Part shown: positions 1-10,670 of the stretch, one piece after another
Position numbering within the stretch: the stretch's first letter is position 1
How the letters are laid out: each line of letters begins with the position of its first letter
Assembly: GCA_963768655.1 (NCBI GenBank)
Contig: CAVYIM010000008.1
Location: 33,584 to 97,583, forward strand
DNA length: 64,000 nucleotides
Direction of reading: 5' to 3'
From: an uncultured Chloroflexia bacterium
GTDB taxonomy: Bacteria; Chloroflexota; Limnocylindria; Limnocylindrales; CSP1-4
The notes under the pieces: model-generated
The model's input: the letters and a program-made list of their open reading frames with translations, nothing else
What the model was told of the DNA's origin: nothing
Database searches by the model: none
Translations under genes and position numbers: made by a program

Positions 1-717
1 CTCGGCTTCGTGACCGACGACCACAAGGCGGCCTCCCTCACATTCAACACCGTCCAGCTGTCCACGTCGGACGTCGCCGCCCTGATCCAGTCGATGCAGG
101 CCGAAGCTGATCCCCCGAGCGGCGTCACAGCAGTCCCGGCAGGATCTACTTACATGGCCGCCTCGATCCTGACCTCACTGACGAAGGGCCGCCTGGAGAT
201 TGCCCTGGCCGGCTTCGCGGCGGTCTTCCTGGGCCTGGTGGTGATCTACCGGAGCTGGCGACGGGCGGTGGCGCCGGTGGTGCCGATCATCATGGTGACC
301 TGCTGGTCGTCGGGCGCGATGTGGCTCTTGGGCATCGAATTGAACCCGCTGACCGCCGTCATGAGCGCCCTGATCGTGGGCATCGGAACCGAGTTCGCAG
401 TCCTGCTCCTGGGGCGCTACTGGGAGGAGCTGGGTCGTGGCGCCGACCCGCGCCAGGCCATGAACCAGGCTGTGTCCCGGATTGGGCGGGCCATCGCCGC
501 GTCCGGCCTGACCGTCGCGGCCGGGTTCGGGGCACTGCTCGCCTCGTCATTCCCTGCCATACGCGACTTCGGCGCGGTAACTGTGATCGACGTCCTGCTG
601 GCGCTGCTGGCGACGGTCGTGGTCGTTCCCCCGCTGGCCAGCTTCCTGATCCGGCGCAGCGCACCGCAGTCGGGCGTGGTCGGTGAGGGCCAGGTTCTCG
701 GCAGCCTGCTCGACTAG
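1..717 (+). CDS. MMPL/RND family transporter, C-terminal part (5' truncated by window)
   Basis: Frame open from base 1; several TM helices, [10 protein letters not shown] and [18 protein letters not shown] typical of MMPL C-terminal repeat. Confidence 0.85.
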   Translation, partial: LGFVTDDHKAASLTFNTVQLSTSDVAALIQSMQAEADPPSGVTAVPAGSTYMAASILTSLTKGRLEIALAGFAAVFLGLVVIYRSWRRAVAPVVPIIMVTCWSSGAMWLLGIELNPLTAVMSALIVGIGTEFAVLLLGRYWEELGRGADPRQAMNQAVSRIGRAIAASGLTVAAGFGALLASSFPAIRDFGAVTVIDVLLALLATVVVVPPLASFLIRRSAPQSGVVGEGQVLGSLLD

Positions 718-2117
718 AAGTCGGCGCTGCCGGGGGTGCGCGGGAACGGGATGACGTCTCTGATGTTCGCCATGCCCGTGGCGTAGGCCACCGACCGATC
801 GAACCCCAGCCCGAACCCGGCGTGCGGCACGGTCCCGTACCTCCGCAGATCGCGATACCACCAGTAAACCGCCGGATCGAGCCCCGTCTCGCGAATTCGC
901 GCATCGAGGACGTCGAGACGCTCCTCGCGCTGGCTGCCGCCGACGATCTCGCCGATGCCGGGGGCGAGCACGTCCATCGCCGCAACGGTGCGTTCGTCGT
1001 CGTTGAGGCGCATGTAGAAAGCCTTGATCTCCTTGGGGTAGTTGACGACCACGACCGGCCGCTTCGCGTACTCCTCGCACAGGTATCGCTCGTGCTCGGC
1101 CTGCAGGGCGACGCCCCACTCCACGGGGAATTCGAACGACCGCCCCGACCGCTTCAGGACGTCGATGGCCTCCGTGTACTCCATTCGCGCGAAGCTCGAC
1201 TCGACGAAGTCTTCGAGCCGGCGGACCGCCTCCTTGTCGATCCGTTCGGCGAAGAACGCCATGTCGTCGGCGCGCTCGTCCAGGACTGTGCGGAAGCTGA
1301 ACCGAAGCAGATCCTCGGCCAGATCGGCGTCAGCCGTGATGTCGGCGAACGCGATCTCAGGTTCGACCATCCAGAACTCGGAAAGATGCCGGCTGGTGTT
1401 CGAGTTCTCCGCCCGAAAGGTTGGCCCGAAGGTGTAGACGCGCGAGAGCGCCAGGCAGTACGTCTCGACGTTGAGCTGGCCCGAGACCGTGAGGTAGGCC
1501 GGCTTGCCGAAGAAGTCCTGGGAGAAGTCGACGGCGCCCTGGGGCGTGCGCGGCAGGTTGGCTAGGTCGAGGGTCGAAACGCGGAACAGCTCTCCGGCAC
1601 CCTCGGCATCGCTGGCGGTCAGGATCGGCGTGTGGACCCAGTAGAACCCGTGCTCATCGAAGTAGCGATGCATGGCCATGGCGAGACAGTGCCGAACCCT
1701 GGCGACCGCGCCGAAGGTGTTCGTCCGCGCCCGCAGGTGGGCGACCTCGCGCAGGTATTCGAACGTGTGGCGCTTGGGCGAAATGGGGTAGCTCTCCGGA
1801 TCGTCAACCCACCCGACGACGATGACGGAGTCGGCCAGGAGCTCGACGGCCTGACCCTGGGCCGGCGAGGGAGTGATCGTGCCGCTCACAGTGACGGCGC
1901 AGCCGGCGGTCAAATGCAGGATCTCATCCTGGTAGTTGGGGAGCGTGGCCGGCGCCACGATCTGGAGGCCGTCGAAGCAGGACCCGTCATGCACGTGCAG
2001 AAAGGACAGCCCGGCCTTCGAATCGCGCCGCGACCGGATCCAGCCCTGGACCGTCGCGCGGGCGCCAGCCGCCGCCCGGCCGGCGAGGATGTCGACGACT
2101 CGTTCTGCCTGCGGCAT
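714..2117 (-). CDS. asnS: Asparagine--tRNA ligase
   Basis: [56 protein letters not shown] motifs; AG-rich RBS. Confidence 0.97.
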   Translation of the reverse strand: MPQAERVVDILAGRAAAGARATVQGWIRSRRDSKAGLSFLHVHDGSCFDGLQIVAPATLPNYQDEILHLTAGCAVTVSGTITPSPAQGQAVELLADSVIVVGWVDDPESYPISPKRHTFEYLREVAHLRARTNTFGAVARVRHCLAMAMHRYFDEHGFYWVHTPILTASDAEGAGELFRVSTLDLANLPRTPQGAVDFSQDFFGKPAYLTVSGQLNVETYCLALSRVYTFGPTFRAENSNTSRHLSEFWMVEPEIAFADITADADLAEDLLRFSFRTVLDERADDMAFFAERIDKEAVRRLEDFVESSFARMEYTEAIDVLKRSGRSFEFPVEWGVALQAEHERYLCEEYAKRPVVVVNYPKEIKAFYMRLNDDERTVAAMDVLAPGIGEIVGGSQREERLDVLDARIRETGLDPAVYWWYRDLRRYGTVPHAGFGLGFDRSVAYATGMANIRDVIPFPRTPGSADF

Positions 2118-2758
2118 CAGTTCTCTCCTTCCGGCTTCGAGGAACGCGCGGCCTCGGGCGGCGATGGTGGCGGCGAGTGTTCGGCGTGACCTGTTCCGGT
2201 AACCATAGCGAGCGTGCGGTGCGGCGGCTCCCAGGCCCCGGGGCCAATGCCCCGACTATAGGGCGTCGCGGCCCACGTGGCCCGAGAATCGCCCCCGGCC
2301 GCCCCCGCCCGCGCGACGCAGAAGACGGGCGAACCGTACGGTCCGCCCGTCTTCCAAACTTGGCTACCGTTTGCCGGCCCGCGCAGCAACCGCGCCACTT
2401 TGGCGGGCCGGCGCCCAGACCTGATGGCTGACCCCGCGCTGCCGCAGCGCGATTCCCGCCTACTTCGCCAGGACGGGCACGTCGAAGCGGTCTCCGAGCA
2501 ATCGCTCGCCGGCGCCTGCCGGAGGCCGCGGCCATCGGCTACATCTGCTCAACTTCAAACCCCTAAGATGGATGCGCTCGTCCGCCATGGGCAGGAGGCC
2601 ATCCCGACGAGCAGGAACCGACCGGGCGGTACCGTCCGATCCGGCTCACTGGTGGGGTGTACCAACGTCGATCGCGCGTCGCCATAGTCGGTCGATGCGA
2701 TCCGTTGCAGATCCGGGCAGGAGCTCGGATCTGGCGGTACCGAGAGGAGCGGGGTTCG

Positions 2759-5700
2759 GTGAAGTCATTCACGGCAGCTGGGATTCCCTTTCGCGGTACC
2801 ATTCCCGGTTCGCGCCGGCCGCTGGTCCGGCTCCTGAGCCTTGGCCCGGCGGCGCTCCTGCTCTCTGGCCTCTTGGCGGTCTGGGCCGGGCCGCTGGCCG
2901 CGCTTGTGGCGGCGGCAAGCCCGGCGTCGACGTCGGGCTCGGCGTCGGGCACGGTCACAGCCTGGGGTGAAGACAGCAATGGCCAGACGAACGTGCCAGC
3001 CGGCCTCCTGGGCGTCAAGGCCGTTGCTGCCGGGTACAGATTCAGCCTCGCCCTGAAGTCGAACGGCACGGTCGTTGCCTGGGGTGCCACTGCCGAAGGC
3101 CAGACGAACGTGCCAGCCGGCCTGACGGGCGTGATCGCGATTGCCGCCGGCGACAATCACAGCCTCGCCCTGAAGTCGAACGGCACGGTCGTCGCGTGGG
3201 GCTGGAATTACTACGGCCAGGCCACCGTCCCGCCCGGCCTGACCGGCGTCGTCGCGATCGCCGCCGGGTACTCGCACAGCGTCGCCCTCAAAGCCAACGG
3301 AACTGTCGTCGCGTGGGGCGACGACTACTTTCACCAGACCGAAGTCCCGGCCGGCTTGACGGGCGTCATCGCGATTGCCGCCGGCGACAATCACAACCTT
3401 GCCCTGAAGTCGAACGGCATGGTCGTCGCCTGGGGCAGCGACGGCGAGGGCGAGAGCAACGTGCCCGCGGCTGCCCTATCTGGCGTCACGGCGATCGCCG
3501 CCGGGGGGTACCACAGCCTGGCACTCAAGTCGAACGGCAGCGTGATCGCCTGGGGCAGCAACGCATACGGCCAGACTACCGTTCCCTCGGCCGCTCTTTC
3601 GGGCGTCGTCGCTCTCTCTGCCGGGGCCTTCGACTCTCTCGCCCTCAAGGCTGATGGAACGGCCGTCGCCTGGGGCGCGGACCTCAGCGGTACGCAGGTT
3701 ACGGTCCCGGCCGGTCTCTCGGGCGTCACGGCGATCGCCGCCGGAGGAAGCCACAGCCTCGCGCTGGTGTCCTCGGCCGGCCATGGCCCCGTCGCCGCGT
3801 GGGGTTTAGATGACTACCATCAGGCCGATGGTCCGACAAGCCTGTCGGGCATCAAGGCGATCGGCGCGGGCGAGTATCACAGCATCGCTCTCAAGACCAA
3901 CGGCACGGTCGCGGCCTGGGGCTTCGACAACGTCCACGAAACCGACGTCCCGGCGGGCCTGACGGGAGTCGCCGCGATCGCCCCCGGAGGCGACCACAAC
4001 CTCGCCCTCAAGGCCAACGGCACGGTCGTCGGCTGGGGCTACGATTTCCTTGGCCAGACCGACATACCGGCCGGTCTCTCAGGCGTCAGGGCTATCGCTG
4101 CAGGGTACGACTTCAGTCTCGCGCTCAAGTCGGACGGCACGGTCGTCGGCTGGGGCGATGACGGCGACGGCCAGACCAACGTCCCGGCCGGCCTGTCGGG
4201 CGTCGTCGCGATCTCAGCCGGGTACGACGACGGTCTCGCCCTCAAGTCGAACGGCACGGTCGTCGGCTGGGGCGAGAACTACAACCACACAATGGACGTC
4301 CCGGCCGGCCTGTCGGGCGTCAAGGCGATCGCCGCCGGGGAGGAATTCGACCTCGCCCTGAAGTCGGACGGCACGGTCGTCGGCTGGGGCTGGGATACCT
4401 ATGGCCAGACCGACACTCCGGCAGGCCTGTCGGGCGTCATCGCGATCGCCGCCGGCGGCGACCTCAGCCTCGCCCTGAAGTCGGACGGCACTGTCGTCGC
4501 CTGGGGCTACAACGACCACGGCCAGGCCACCGTCCCGGCAGGCCTGTCGGGCGTCACTGCGATCGCCGCGGGAGGCGCTCACAGCCTCGCCCTCGTGGCC
4601 CCGGCCACGCATCTCTCCGTCTCGGGGATCGGTTCGCCGCGGACCGCGGGGGTGGCGGGCTCGGTGTCCGTCCGCGCCCGGGATGCATCCGGCAATACCG
4701 CCATCGGCTATCGCGGCACCGTCCACTTCTCCAGCACCGATCCGGCCGCGGTATTGCCCGCGAACTACACGTTCACCGCCGCCGACAAGGGCGCCCACTC
4801 CTTCAACGTCACCCTCAACTCCGCCGGCACCTGGTCAGTGACGGCCACCGACACGACCGCAGCCTCGATAACGGGCTCGCAGAGCGGCATCGTGGTGATC
4901 TTGCCCGCTTCGAGCTATACCGCCATCAGCCCGCGGCGGGTCCTCGACTCCCGCCCGACCGGGAGCGGCCACACCAACATCGGCCTGTCGAACCCGTTCG
5001 TCGCCGGCACCGTCCGCAAGTTCAGCATCGCCGGGGCAGAGTACGTGGGGGGTGGCAGCGCCCCAGCGGTCCCGGCCAACGCGGTGGCGGTGACCGGCAA
5101 TCTCACGGTCGTGGGTGAGACCGCGGCCGGCGTCATCGATCTGGGTCCGGCCGTCTCCGCCGGCGGTACCAAGTCGAGCCTGAACTTCGTGAAGGGCGAC
5201 GTCCGTGCCAACAACGTGACCCTCGCCCTGGCGGCCGACGGTTCACTCTCGGCTGTCTATCGCTCCTCAACGTCGGGTGCCACCACCAATCTCATCTTCG
5301 ATGTGACCGGCTACTTTCTACCCGGCACGTCTGGAGCTACCTACCACACCGTCGCACCGGGCCGGGTCCTCGATACCAGACCGACCGGCGGCGGGGTGAC
5401 CCATATGGGCCCCCTGACAAAGCTCCCCAACCGGACCGTCAAGACCTTCCCCGTAGCCGGTGTAACGCCGCTGGGTGGGTCTAGCGCTCTGGTGCCGCCT
5501 AGCGCGGTCGCGGTCACAGGCAACCTGACCGTGACCGGCGCCACAAGCGCTGGCTATGTCTCTGTGGGGCCGACCATGACCGCCTCGCCCTCGACCTCGA
5601 GCGTCAACGTGGCTGCCGGCTCGACCGTGGCCAACGGGGTCAGCGTGGGCCTCTCTGGCGGCAAGCTATCGGTCGTGTGGTGCGGCACCGCCGGCTCGAG

Positions 5701-6121
5701 CGCCAATGTCATCTTCGATGTCACCGGCTACTTCACCGCAGGTGCCGGAGGTCTGTCCTTCTATGCCATCGCGCCGGTCCGGGTCCTCGATTCCTCCGTG
5801 TCCCTGGGCCTGTCGGGCACCTTCGCCAGCCGGACCGCGCGGCTCTTCACCATCGTCGGTACCGGCGGTGTCCCAACTGGCGCCGCCGGCATCAGCGGCA
5901 ACCTGACCGTCCTATCTCCCTCATCGGCAGGCTGGGCTCTCGTATCACCCGAGACCGTCGCCACTCCGACCACCTCTACCCTCAACGTCGCCTCCGGCCA
6001 CAGTGAGGCCAACGGCTTCGATGTCGCTCTGGGCACATCGGGTCACGTCGCACTCGAGTGGGCCGGCACCACCGGCTCCAGCGCCAACATCGCTCTCGAC
6101 ATCACCGGCTACTGGAAGTAG
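2759..6121 (+). CDS. Secreted protein: signal peptide, 14 BLIP-II/RCC1-like repeats (7+7), one Ig-like module, three C-terminal PxRVLDxR beta domains
   Basis: GTG after GAGGAG; repeats TVVAWGxxxxGQTxVPAGLSGVxAIAAGxxHSLALKSxG counted by eye; ends DITGYWK. Confidence 0.9.
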   Translation: MKSFTAAGIPFRGTIPGSRRPLVRLLSLGPAALLLSGLLAVWAGPLAALVAAASPASTSGSASGTVTAWGEDSNGQTNVPAGLLGVKAVAAGYRFSLALKSNGTVVAWGATAEGQTNVPAGLTGVIAIAAGDNHSLALKSNGTVVAWGWNYYGQATVPPGLTGVVAIAAGYSHSVALKANGTVVAWGDDYFHQTEVPAGLTGVIAIAAGDNHNLALKSNGMVVAWGSDGEGESNVPAAALSGVTAIAAGGYHSLALKSNGSVIAWGSNAYGQTTVPSAALSGVVALSAGAFDSLALKADGTAVAWGADLSGTQVTVPAGLSGVTAIAAGGSHSLALVSSAGHGPVAAWGLDDYHQADGPTSLSGIKAIGAGEYHSIALKTNGTVAAWGFDNVHETDVPAGLTGVAAIAPGGDHNLALKANGTVVGWGYDFLGQTDIPAGLSGVRAIAAGYDFSLALKSDGTVVGWGDDGDGQTNVPAGLSGVVAISAGYDDGLALKSNGTVVGWGENYNHTMDVPAGLSGVKAIAAGEEFDLALKSDGTVVGWGWDTYGQTDTPAGLSGVIAIAAGGDLSLALKSDGTVVAWGYNDHGQATVPAGLSGVTAIAAGGAHSLALVAPATHLSVSGIGSPRTAGVAGSVSVRARDASGNTAIGYRGTVHFSSTDPAAVLPANYTFTAADKGAHSFNVTLNSAGTWSVTATDTTAASITGSQSGIVVILPASSYTAISPRRVLDSRPTGSGHTNIGLSNPFVAGTVRKFSIAGAEYVGGGSAPAVPANAVAVTGNLTVVGETAAGVIDLGPAVSAGGTKSSLNFVKGDVRANNVTLALAADGSLSAVYRSSTSGATTNLIFDVTGYFLPGTSGATYHTVAPGRVLDTRPTGGGVTHMGPLTKLPNRTVKTFPVAGVTPLGGSSALVPPSAVAVTGNLTVTGATSAGYVSVGPTMTASPSTSSVNVAAGSTVANGVSVGLSGGKLSVVWCGTAGSSANVIFDVTGYFTAGAGGLSFYAIAPVRVLDSSVSLGLSGTFASRTARLFTIVGTGGVPTGAAGISGNLTVLSPSSAGWALVSPETVATPTTSTLNVASGHSEANGFDVALGTSGHVALEWAGTTGSSANIALDITGYWK
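5843..6033 (+). repeat. 191-bp repeat, identical inverted copy at 21808-21998
   Basis: Block-by-block comparison with the reverse complement found no mismatch. Confidence 0.9.
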
Positions 6122-6280
6122 GGGGAGACGCGGTCCCAATCCAGCCTTGCAGACCGATGGTGGACCTCAGGATTCCAAGACGTAGCACGCGTACGTGACT
6201 TGACGCCGGAGGTTTGGCGGCGCGAGACGACTCTGATCGGGATGGCCGACGGCCCGTCCGCGACGCGCGCCGCTCGCGAC

Positions 6281-7309
6281 TCAGGTCCCCGGCGCGAACA
6301 CCTTCATCGCGTTCGCCAGGCCCTGCTCGTAGGCGGCGATCAGGCGATCCCACCGCGCGTCCATCTCGGTGTCGATCTCCTGTCGGGATGGGTCCGCGTC
6401 GAACCAGGCGACCGTCCGCCGGATCCCCTCGGCGTATGGCGTCGCAGTGCGGAAGTCGGGCACGAAACGCTTGATCTTGGTGGTGTCGAAGACGGCGCTT
6501 CCCGACTTGTCGCCGAGGAGCGTGCCACTCCATTCCGGCAGGCAGGCCGCGATGAAGTCGGACGCGATGTGGACGAGGCGCGGCTCAACGCCTGCGGCGG
6601 CGGCGGTCTGGCGGTAGATCTCGTCCCAGGTCAATACCTCGTCCGACATGATGTTGAAGGCATGGCCGATCGCCGCGCGCCGACCCAGCAGGCCGACGAG
6701 TGCGACGGCGAAGTCGCTGTTGTGGGTGATCGTCCAAAGTGCCGTGCCGTCGCCGGGCACGATGATCGGCTTGCCCTGGCGCATCCGCGCGATCGCCGTG
6801 AAGGGTCGCTCCCAGCTATTCACCGAAAGCGGCACCTGCGTGTCGCCGTAGGTAAGTGACGGTCGGACGATCGTGACCGGGAAGCCGTCCTGGCGGTACG
6901 CGCGCATCAGGCGCTCCTCGCAGGCGATCTTGTTCTGCGAGTAGTCCCAGAACGGATTGGCGAGGGGCGTGTCCTCGCGAATGATCCAGTCGCCGGGCGG
7001 CTTGCGGTAGGCGCTTGCGGAGCTGATGAAGATGAACTGGTCGGCCCGGCCGCGAAAGAGCCGCAGGTCGCGCTCGATGTCCTCGACGGTGAAGGCCAGC
7101 CAGTCCACGACCACGTCGAACCGATGGCCGGCGAGGGCTCGCTCGGTTGCCGCCTCGTCGTGCAGGTCGGCGACGAGCGGCGTTGCGCCACGCGCCCGGT
7201 CCGGATTGCTGCCGCGATTCAGCAGGAAAAGGTCCACGCCACGGTCCACGGCCAGGCGTGTGCAGGCGCTGCTGATCAGGCCGGTGCCACCGATGAACAA
7301 GACCTTCAT
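6281..7309 (-). CDS. NAD-dependent epimerase/dehydratase (extended SDR)
   Basis: GGTGLIS, FISSASAY, YSQNK motifs; GGAG RBS. Confidence 0.9.
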   Translation of the reverse strand: MKVLFIGGTGLISSACTRLAVDRGVDLFLLNRGSNPDRARGATPLVADLHDEAATERALAGHRFDVVVDWLAFTVEDIERDLRLFRGRADQFIFISSASAYRKPPGDWIIREDTPLANPFWDYSQNKIACEERLMRAYRQDGFPVTIVRPSLTYGDTQVPLSVNSWERPFTAIARMRQGKPIIVPGDGTALWTITHNSDFAVALVGLLGRRAAIGHAFNIMSDEVLTWDEIYRQTAAAAGVEPRLVHIASDFIAACLPEWSGTLLGDKSGSAVFDTTKIKRFVPDFRTATPYAEGIRRTVAWFDADPSRQEIDTEMDARWDRLIAAYEQGLANAMKVFAPGT

Positions 7310-7345
7310 GTGCGGTCTCCTATGTGGCAGATCGAGGCAGCGCGG

Positions 7346-9484
7346 CTACGCGGCCCGACGGCGCCCGAGGCCCGGCGTCGGGTCCGGGATCGTGGCCGGC
7401 GCCGCTGGGGTCAGCGCGGCCGGGGTCGATGCCGGCGTGCCGGGCGTTGGAGTCGGCTTGGGAGTCTTCGCGCGACCGATCTCCAGAAGCCCGTCCACCT
7501 TCCCGTAGTGAGAAACCCAGACGTCGTGATGGATCACCTTGCCGGTCGAGTCGGTGACGGTGCGGGTCCGCGAGGTGTCGAAACCGGCAGTCGGGTACTC
7601 GGCGCGGTTCTCCTGGCCCGGCTTGAGCGTGGTCACGTACTCCGTGTGGTCGCTGGCCTTCACGATGTTCGCCTTGAACGCTGGGCTGAAAGTGACCGTC
7701 CGATCGAGCGGCAGGCTCCACAGCTGGAACGTGATCGTGCTCTTGGAACCGTAGGTCGTATAGCCCCGGATCACGATCGGGTTCGGCGTGTCGTTGGTCC
7801 ACTTCAGATCCCAGGTGTCGCCGCCGCTGGAGAAAACCGTGGCGTCGAGTCCGATAGGGTAGCGGTCGATGTAGTAGAAGTGCGGGTGCCGCTCGTCGAT
7901 CTCGAGGCCGGCCCGCGCCGCCGCGTTGAACATGGTCGTCGACGCCGAACAGATGCCGCCGCCCATGGCGCCGGTGTGGTTGCTTCTGCCGTTCTCGATG
8001 ACGCCGCCCAGCGTATAGCCGTGGGCCCGGTCAACCGGGCTCACCGCCGCCAGGAAGCTGAACCGCTGGCCGGGGGCCACGATCGTGCCGTTGAGGAGAT
8101 TGGCCGGGACCCGGATGTTGGCGCCGAAGCCGTTGGTGATGCCCGGGTAGAAGACGGTCGTCCAGCTGCCTATCACGACATAGTTCGCGAGGCTCTGGGG
8201 CGTGATGGTGGGAGAAATGGGCTCGGTGACGATGGCCACGCTTGAACCCGGGTTCCCGCCGGAGCCAAGGCTGCCCAGATACGCGACGATGGCCTGCGTC
8301 GTCGCGGCGACATCGATTCCGGCGCCGTCCTTGCCGTTCTTGACGCCGGTCGGCTTACCCGACTTGTCGAAGACGACAGACGGCTCCACCGGCGTGGTGG
8401 CGACGTGCGGCGCGAGCTCGGACAGAAATGCCTGGATCGGTGCCGGATCTATGGTTGGGCCGTAGCTGCCATCGGGCAGGGTGCCGAAGGAGATCGAGCT
8501 GCGGATCGTGGCCTCATCGATGGCGTAGGTCGTGGCCGAAGTCGTGGTCTGGCTCGGGCTCGGGCTCTGGCTCTGCGGGTCGGCGTCCCAGGTCAGGTAG
8601 ACGGCGACGCCCATCCGATCGGCCGCGGCGGCTGCGGCCTGGGCGGCGGCGTCGCTGATCCGCGGTTCGAGCGTCACGAGAGCGCCGCCCACCTGGAAAG
8701 CGCCAGGCGCGTCCGGCTGTATCAGGCCGTCGACGATCGCGCTGCAGACGGCATCCTGGTCGATGATGTGTCCCGGCGTCGCCGCCTCGATGCCGAAGCT
8801 GCCGTTGTCGACTGCTGCCTGCGCGTCCTGCGGAGACACCCGGGTCGCGCCGACCAGTTGGCGGACCTGCGTTGCTATGGCCATTGGGTCGACGCGGGCC
8901 ACGAGCGGGACGGACTCGCCGTTGATCGCGGATCGGAGCATGAAGACGGCGTCGTCGATCGGATTGCCGGTGTGCCCGATCCGCATAGCCGCGTCGGCCA
9001 TGAAATCGACGTCGGGCCCGCGGCCGGCCTGCTGGTACGTAATCGTCGAGACGCCGACCGGTGTCGTGACCGTGATCTCGCCCTGGCCAAGGTAGGCGTA
9101 GTCGGTCTGCAGCCTGGCGACCACCTCGTCTCGGCTGAGGCCCGACACGTCGATTGAACCGACCCGGACGCCCGGGACGACCCGGTTCGAGTACGCATTC
9201 TGGGCAGCCAGGGCCGCCCCCGCGACCAGGATGAGGGTCACGATCAGGGCGATGGCGAACACCAGGACAAGCCTGGCCAGCCCGAGCAGTCGAGCACGGG
9301 CCGATGCCCGCCGTGTGAGGGGGCCGCGCAGGTCGGCTCCGACCCTGGGCCCGACGGCGACCGTGGACCCCGCCGTCGGGGTCGGCTCCCAGCTGATGGG
9401 CTCGCGCGAAGCCGGCTGTTCGGCATGATCACCCGGCGCGGGGCCGAATATCTCGTCGACCAGGTCCAGCTCGTCCGTTGCCAT
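7346..9484 (-). CDS. VanW family protein with TM anchor, putative peptidoglycan-binding repeats and G5-like tail
   Basis: GGGICSASTTMFNAA, ERHPHFYYIDRYPIGLDATV, DLKWTNDT. Confidence 0.88.
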   Translation of the reverse strand: MATDELDLVDEIFGPAPGDHAEQPASREPISWEPTPTAGSTVAVGPRVGADLRGPLTRRASARARLLGLARLVLVFAIALIVTLILVAGAALAAQNAYSNRVVPGVRVGSIDVSGLSRDEVVARLQTDYAYLGQGEITVTTPVGVSTITYQQAGRGPDVDFMADAAMRIGHTGNPIDDAVFMLRSAINGESVPLVARVDPMAIATQVRQLVGATRVSPQDAQAAVDNGSFGIEAATPGHIIDQDAVCSAIVDGLIQPDAPGAFQVGGALVTLEPRISDAAAQAAAAAADRMGVAVYLTWDADPQSQSPSPSQTTTSATTYAIDEATIRSSISFGTLPDGSYGPTIDPAPIQAFLSELAPHVATTPVEPSVVFDKSGKPTGVKNGKDGAGIDVAATTQAIVAYLGSLGSGGNPGSSVAIVTEPISPTITPQSLANYVVIGSWTTVFYPGITNGFGANIRVPANLLNGTIVAPGQRFSFLAAVSPVDRAHGYTLGGVIENGRSNHTGAMGGGICSASTTMFNAAARAGLEIDERHPHFYYIDRYPIGLDATVFSSGGDTWDLKWTNDTPNPIVIRGYTTYGSKSTITFQLWSLPLDRTVTFSPAFKANIVKASDHTEYVTTLKPGQENRAEYPTAGFDTSRTRTVTDSTGKVIHHDVWVSHYGKVDGLLEIGRAKTPKPTPTPGTPASTPAALTPAAPATIPDPTPGLGRRRAA

Positions 9485-9703
9485 GATCGTTCCCCTCTAT
9501 CGGTGTCGATCGACCTGCATCATGAAAGCACAAGACGCGTGAGCAATGTGCACCGGATCCTCATTCCTCGCGGCACGACAGACGCGCCGCCCGAATGACA
9601 CGTTACGACGCCGGCTCGTTCATGGCCAGACCGACTTGCTGTTGCGAGCGTCCAACCCGCCTGTGCGCCGGTCCCGTCGCTGCTATTGCCCGGCGGCGCG
9701 ACC

Positions 9704-10465
9704 TCAGCTCTGCGGCCCCGCGGCCGTACCGTCCCCACGACCCAGGTCCGCCTCCATGCCATCGAGCATCCGCTGGAGTCCGTACTCGAACTGGGCGTCG
9801 TCGTCCATCGCCTTGGGAGTTGTTTCGGGGACCAGACGGACGAGGTTCGGGTACGCGTCGGCCGGCAGGGAGATCATCATCCCGGCGTACATCGCCTGGA
9901 GCTCCTGGACGCTCTTGCCCGCCGTACCCGGGCCGGTCAACTCGCGAGTGTCCATGACGGCGCTGCCGAGCGCATAGGTCAGGATCGAGGCGAAGGCCAG
10001 CGTCAAGCGGTCTCCATCGAAGCCACCGGCGCGGAGAACCGACAGCAGGTGCTCCATGCCCCGCAGCGTGCTGGGGCCCAGGCTGATCCGCGCTCCGACC
10101 AGGGGCGCCAGATGCCGGTGCCGCTTGATCACCGTTCGGAACTCGCGAGCCAGGAGCGCGGCCCGCTCTCGCCACGGCTGCTCGGGATCGTCGTCGAGCC
10201 GGACTTCCTCGACAAGCTCGTCCAGCACCAGGTCGATCAGCTGATCCTTGTCCTTGACGTGCCAGTAGAGGGAGGTCGCGCCGGCGCCCATCTCCTGGCC
10301 CAGCCGGCGCATCGAAAAGCTATCCAGACCTTCGGCATCGATGAGCTTGATGGCGGCGGCGACTATCTGGGCCCGGCTCAGCGGCTGCCTGTCCCCGCTC
10401 CGATCGCGCACCTCCGGCCACCAGGCCAGCCCCGCGGGTTTGCCGTCCGATCCCTCGCCAGTCAT
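9704..10465 (-). CDS. TetR/AcrR family regulator (TetR_C type)
   Basis: LSRAQIVAAAIKLIDAEGLDSFSMRRLGQEMGAGATSLYWHV HTH; divergent from MFS. Confidence 0.93.
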   Translation of the reverse strand: MTGEGSDGKPAGLAWWPEVRDRSGDRQPLSRAQIVAAAIKLIDAEGLDSFSMRRLGQEMGAGATSLYWHVKDKDQLIDLVLDELVEEVRLDDDPEQPWRERAALLAREFRTVIKRHRHLAPLVGARISLGPSTLRGMEHLLSVLRAGGFDGDRLTLAFASILTYALGSAVMDTRELTGPGTAGKSVQELQAMYAGMMISLPADAYPNLVRLVPETTPKAMDDDAQFEYGLQRMLDGMEADLGRGDGTAAGPQS

Positions 10466-10519
10466 CCGACCGCTCCTCCGTTACCCACGCAGGCGTGTGG
10501 TCGAGATTCTACTGCGGCT

Positions 10520-10598
10520 CGAACCATGTTCGCCGGCTCGCACAGTGTACTTGACACTCGCACGCCGTGCTAGTAGTGTGGCGCCCGAACACTGTGCG
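10520..10598 (+). promoter_or_regulatory. Sigma70 promoter of the MFS gene overlapped by four TetR operator-like palindromes
   Basis: TTGACA 10551-10556, 17 bp, TAGTGT 10574-10579; CG(A/C)ACnnnGT(T/G)CG-like sites at 10520, 10539, 10559, 10586. Confidence 0.8.
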
Positions 10599-10670
10599 AG
10601 TCATGGAGCGGCGTGCGACAGCGGCTCTTCGACCGGCAGATCGGCAGCCAAGGCAGAAAGGAGCCCGGCG

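Noticed and set aside
2950-4600. ~117-bp periodic repeats (also 18030-19665 and 29850-30900) as CRISPR or DGR
   Set aside because: In-frame degenerate protein repeats; no spacers, cas genes, reverse transcriptase or template repeat in the window
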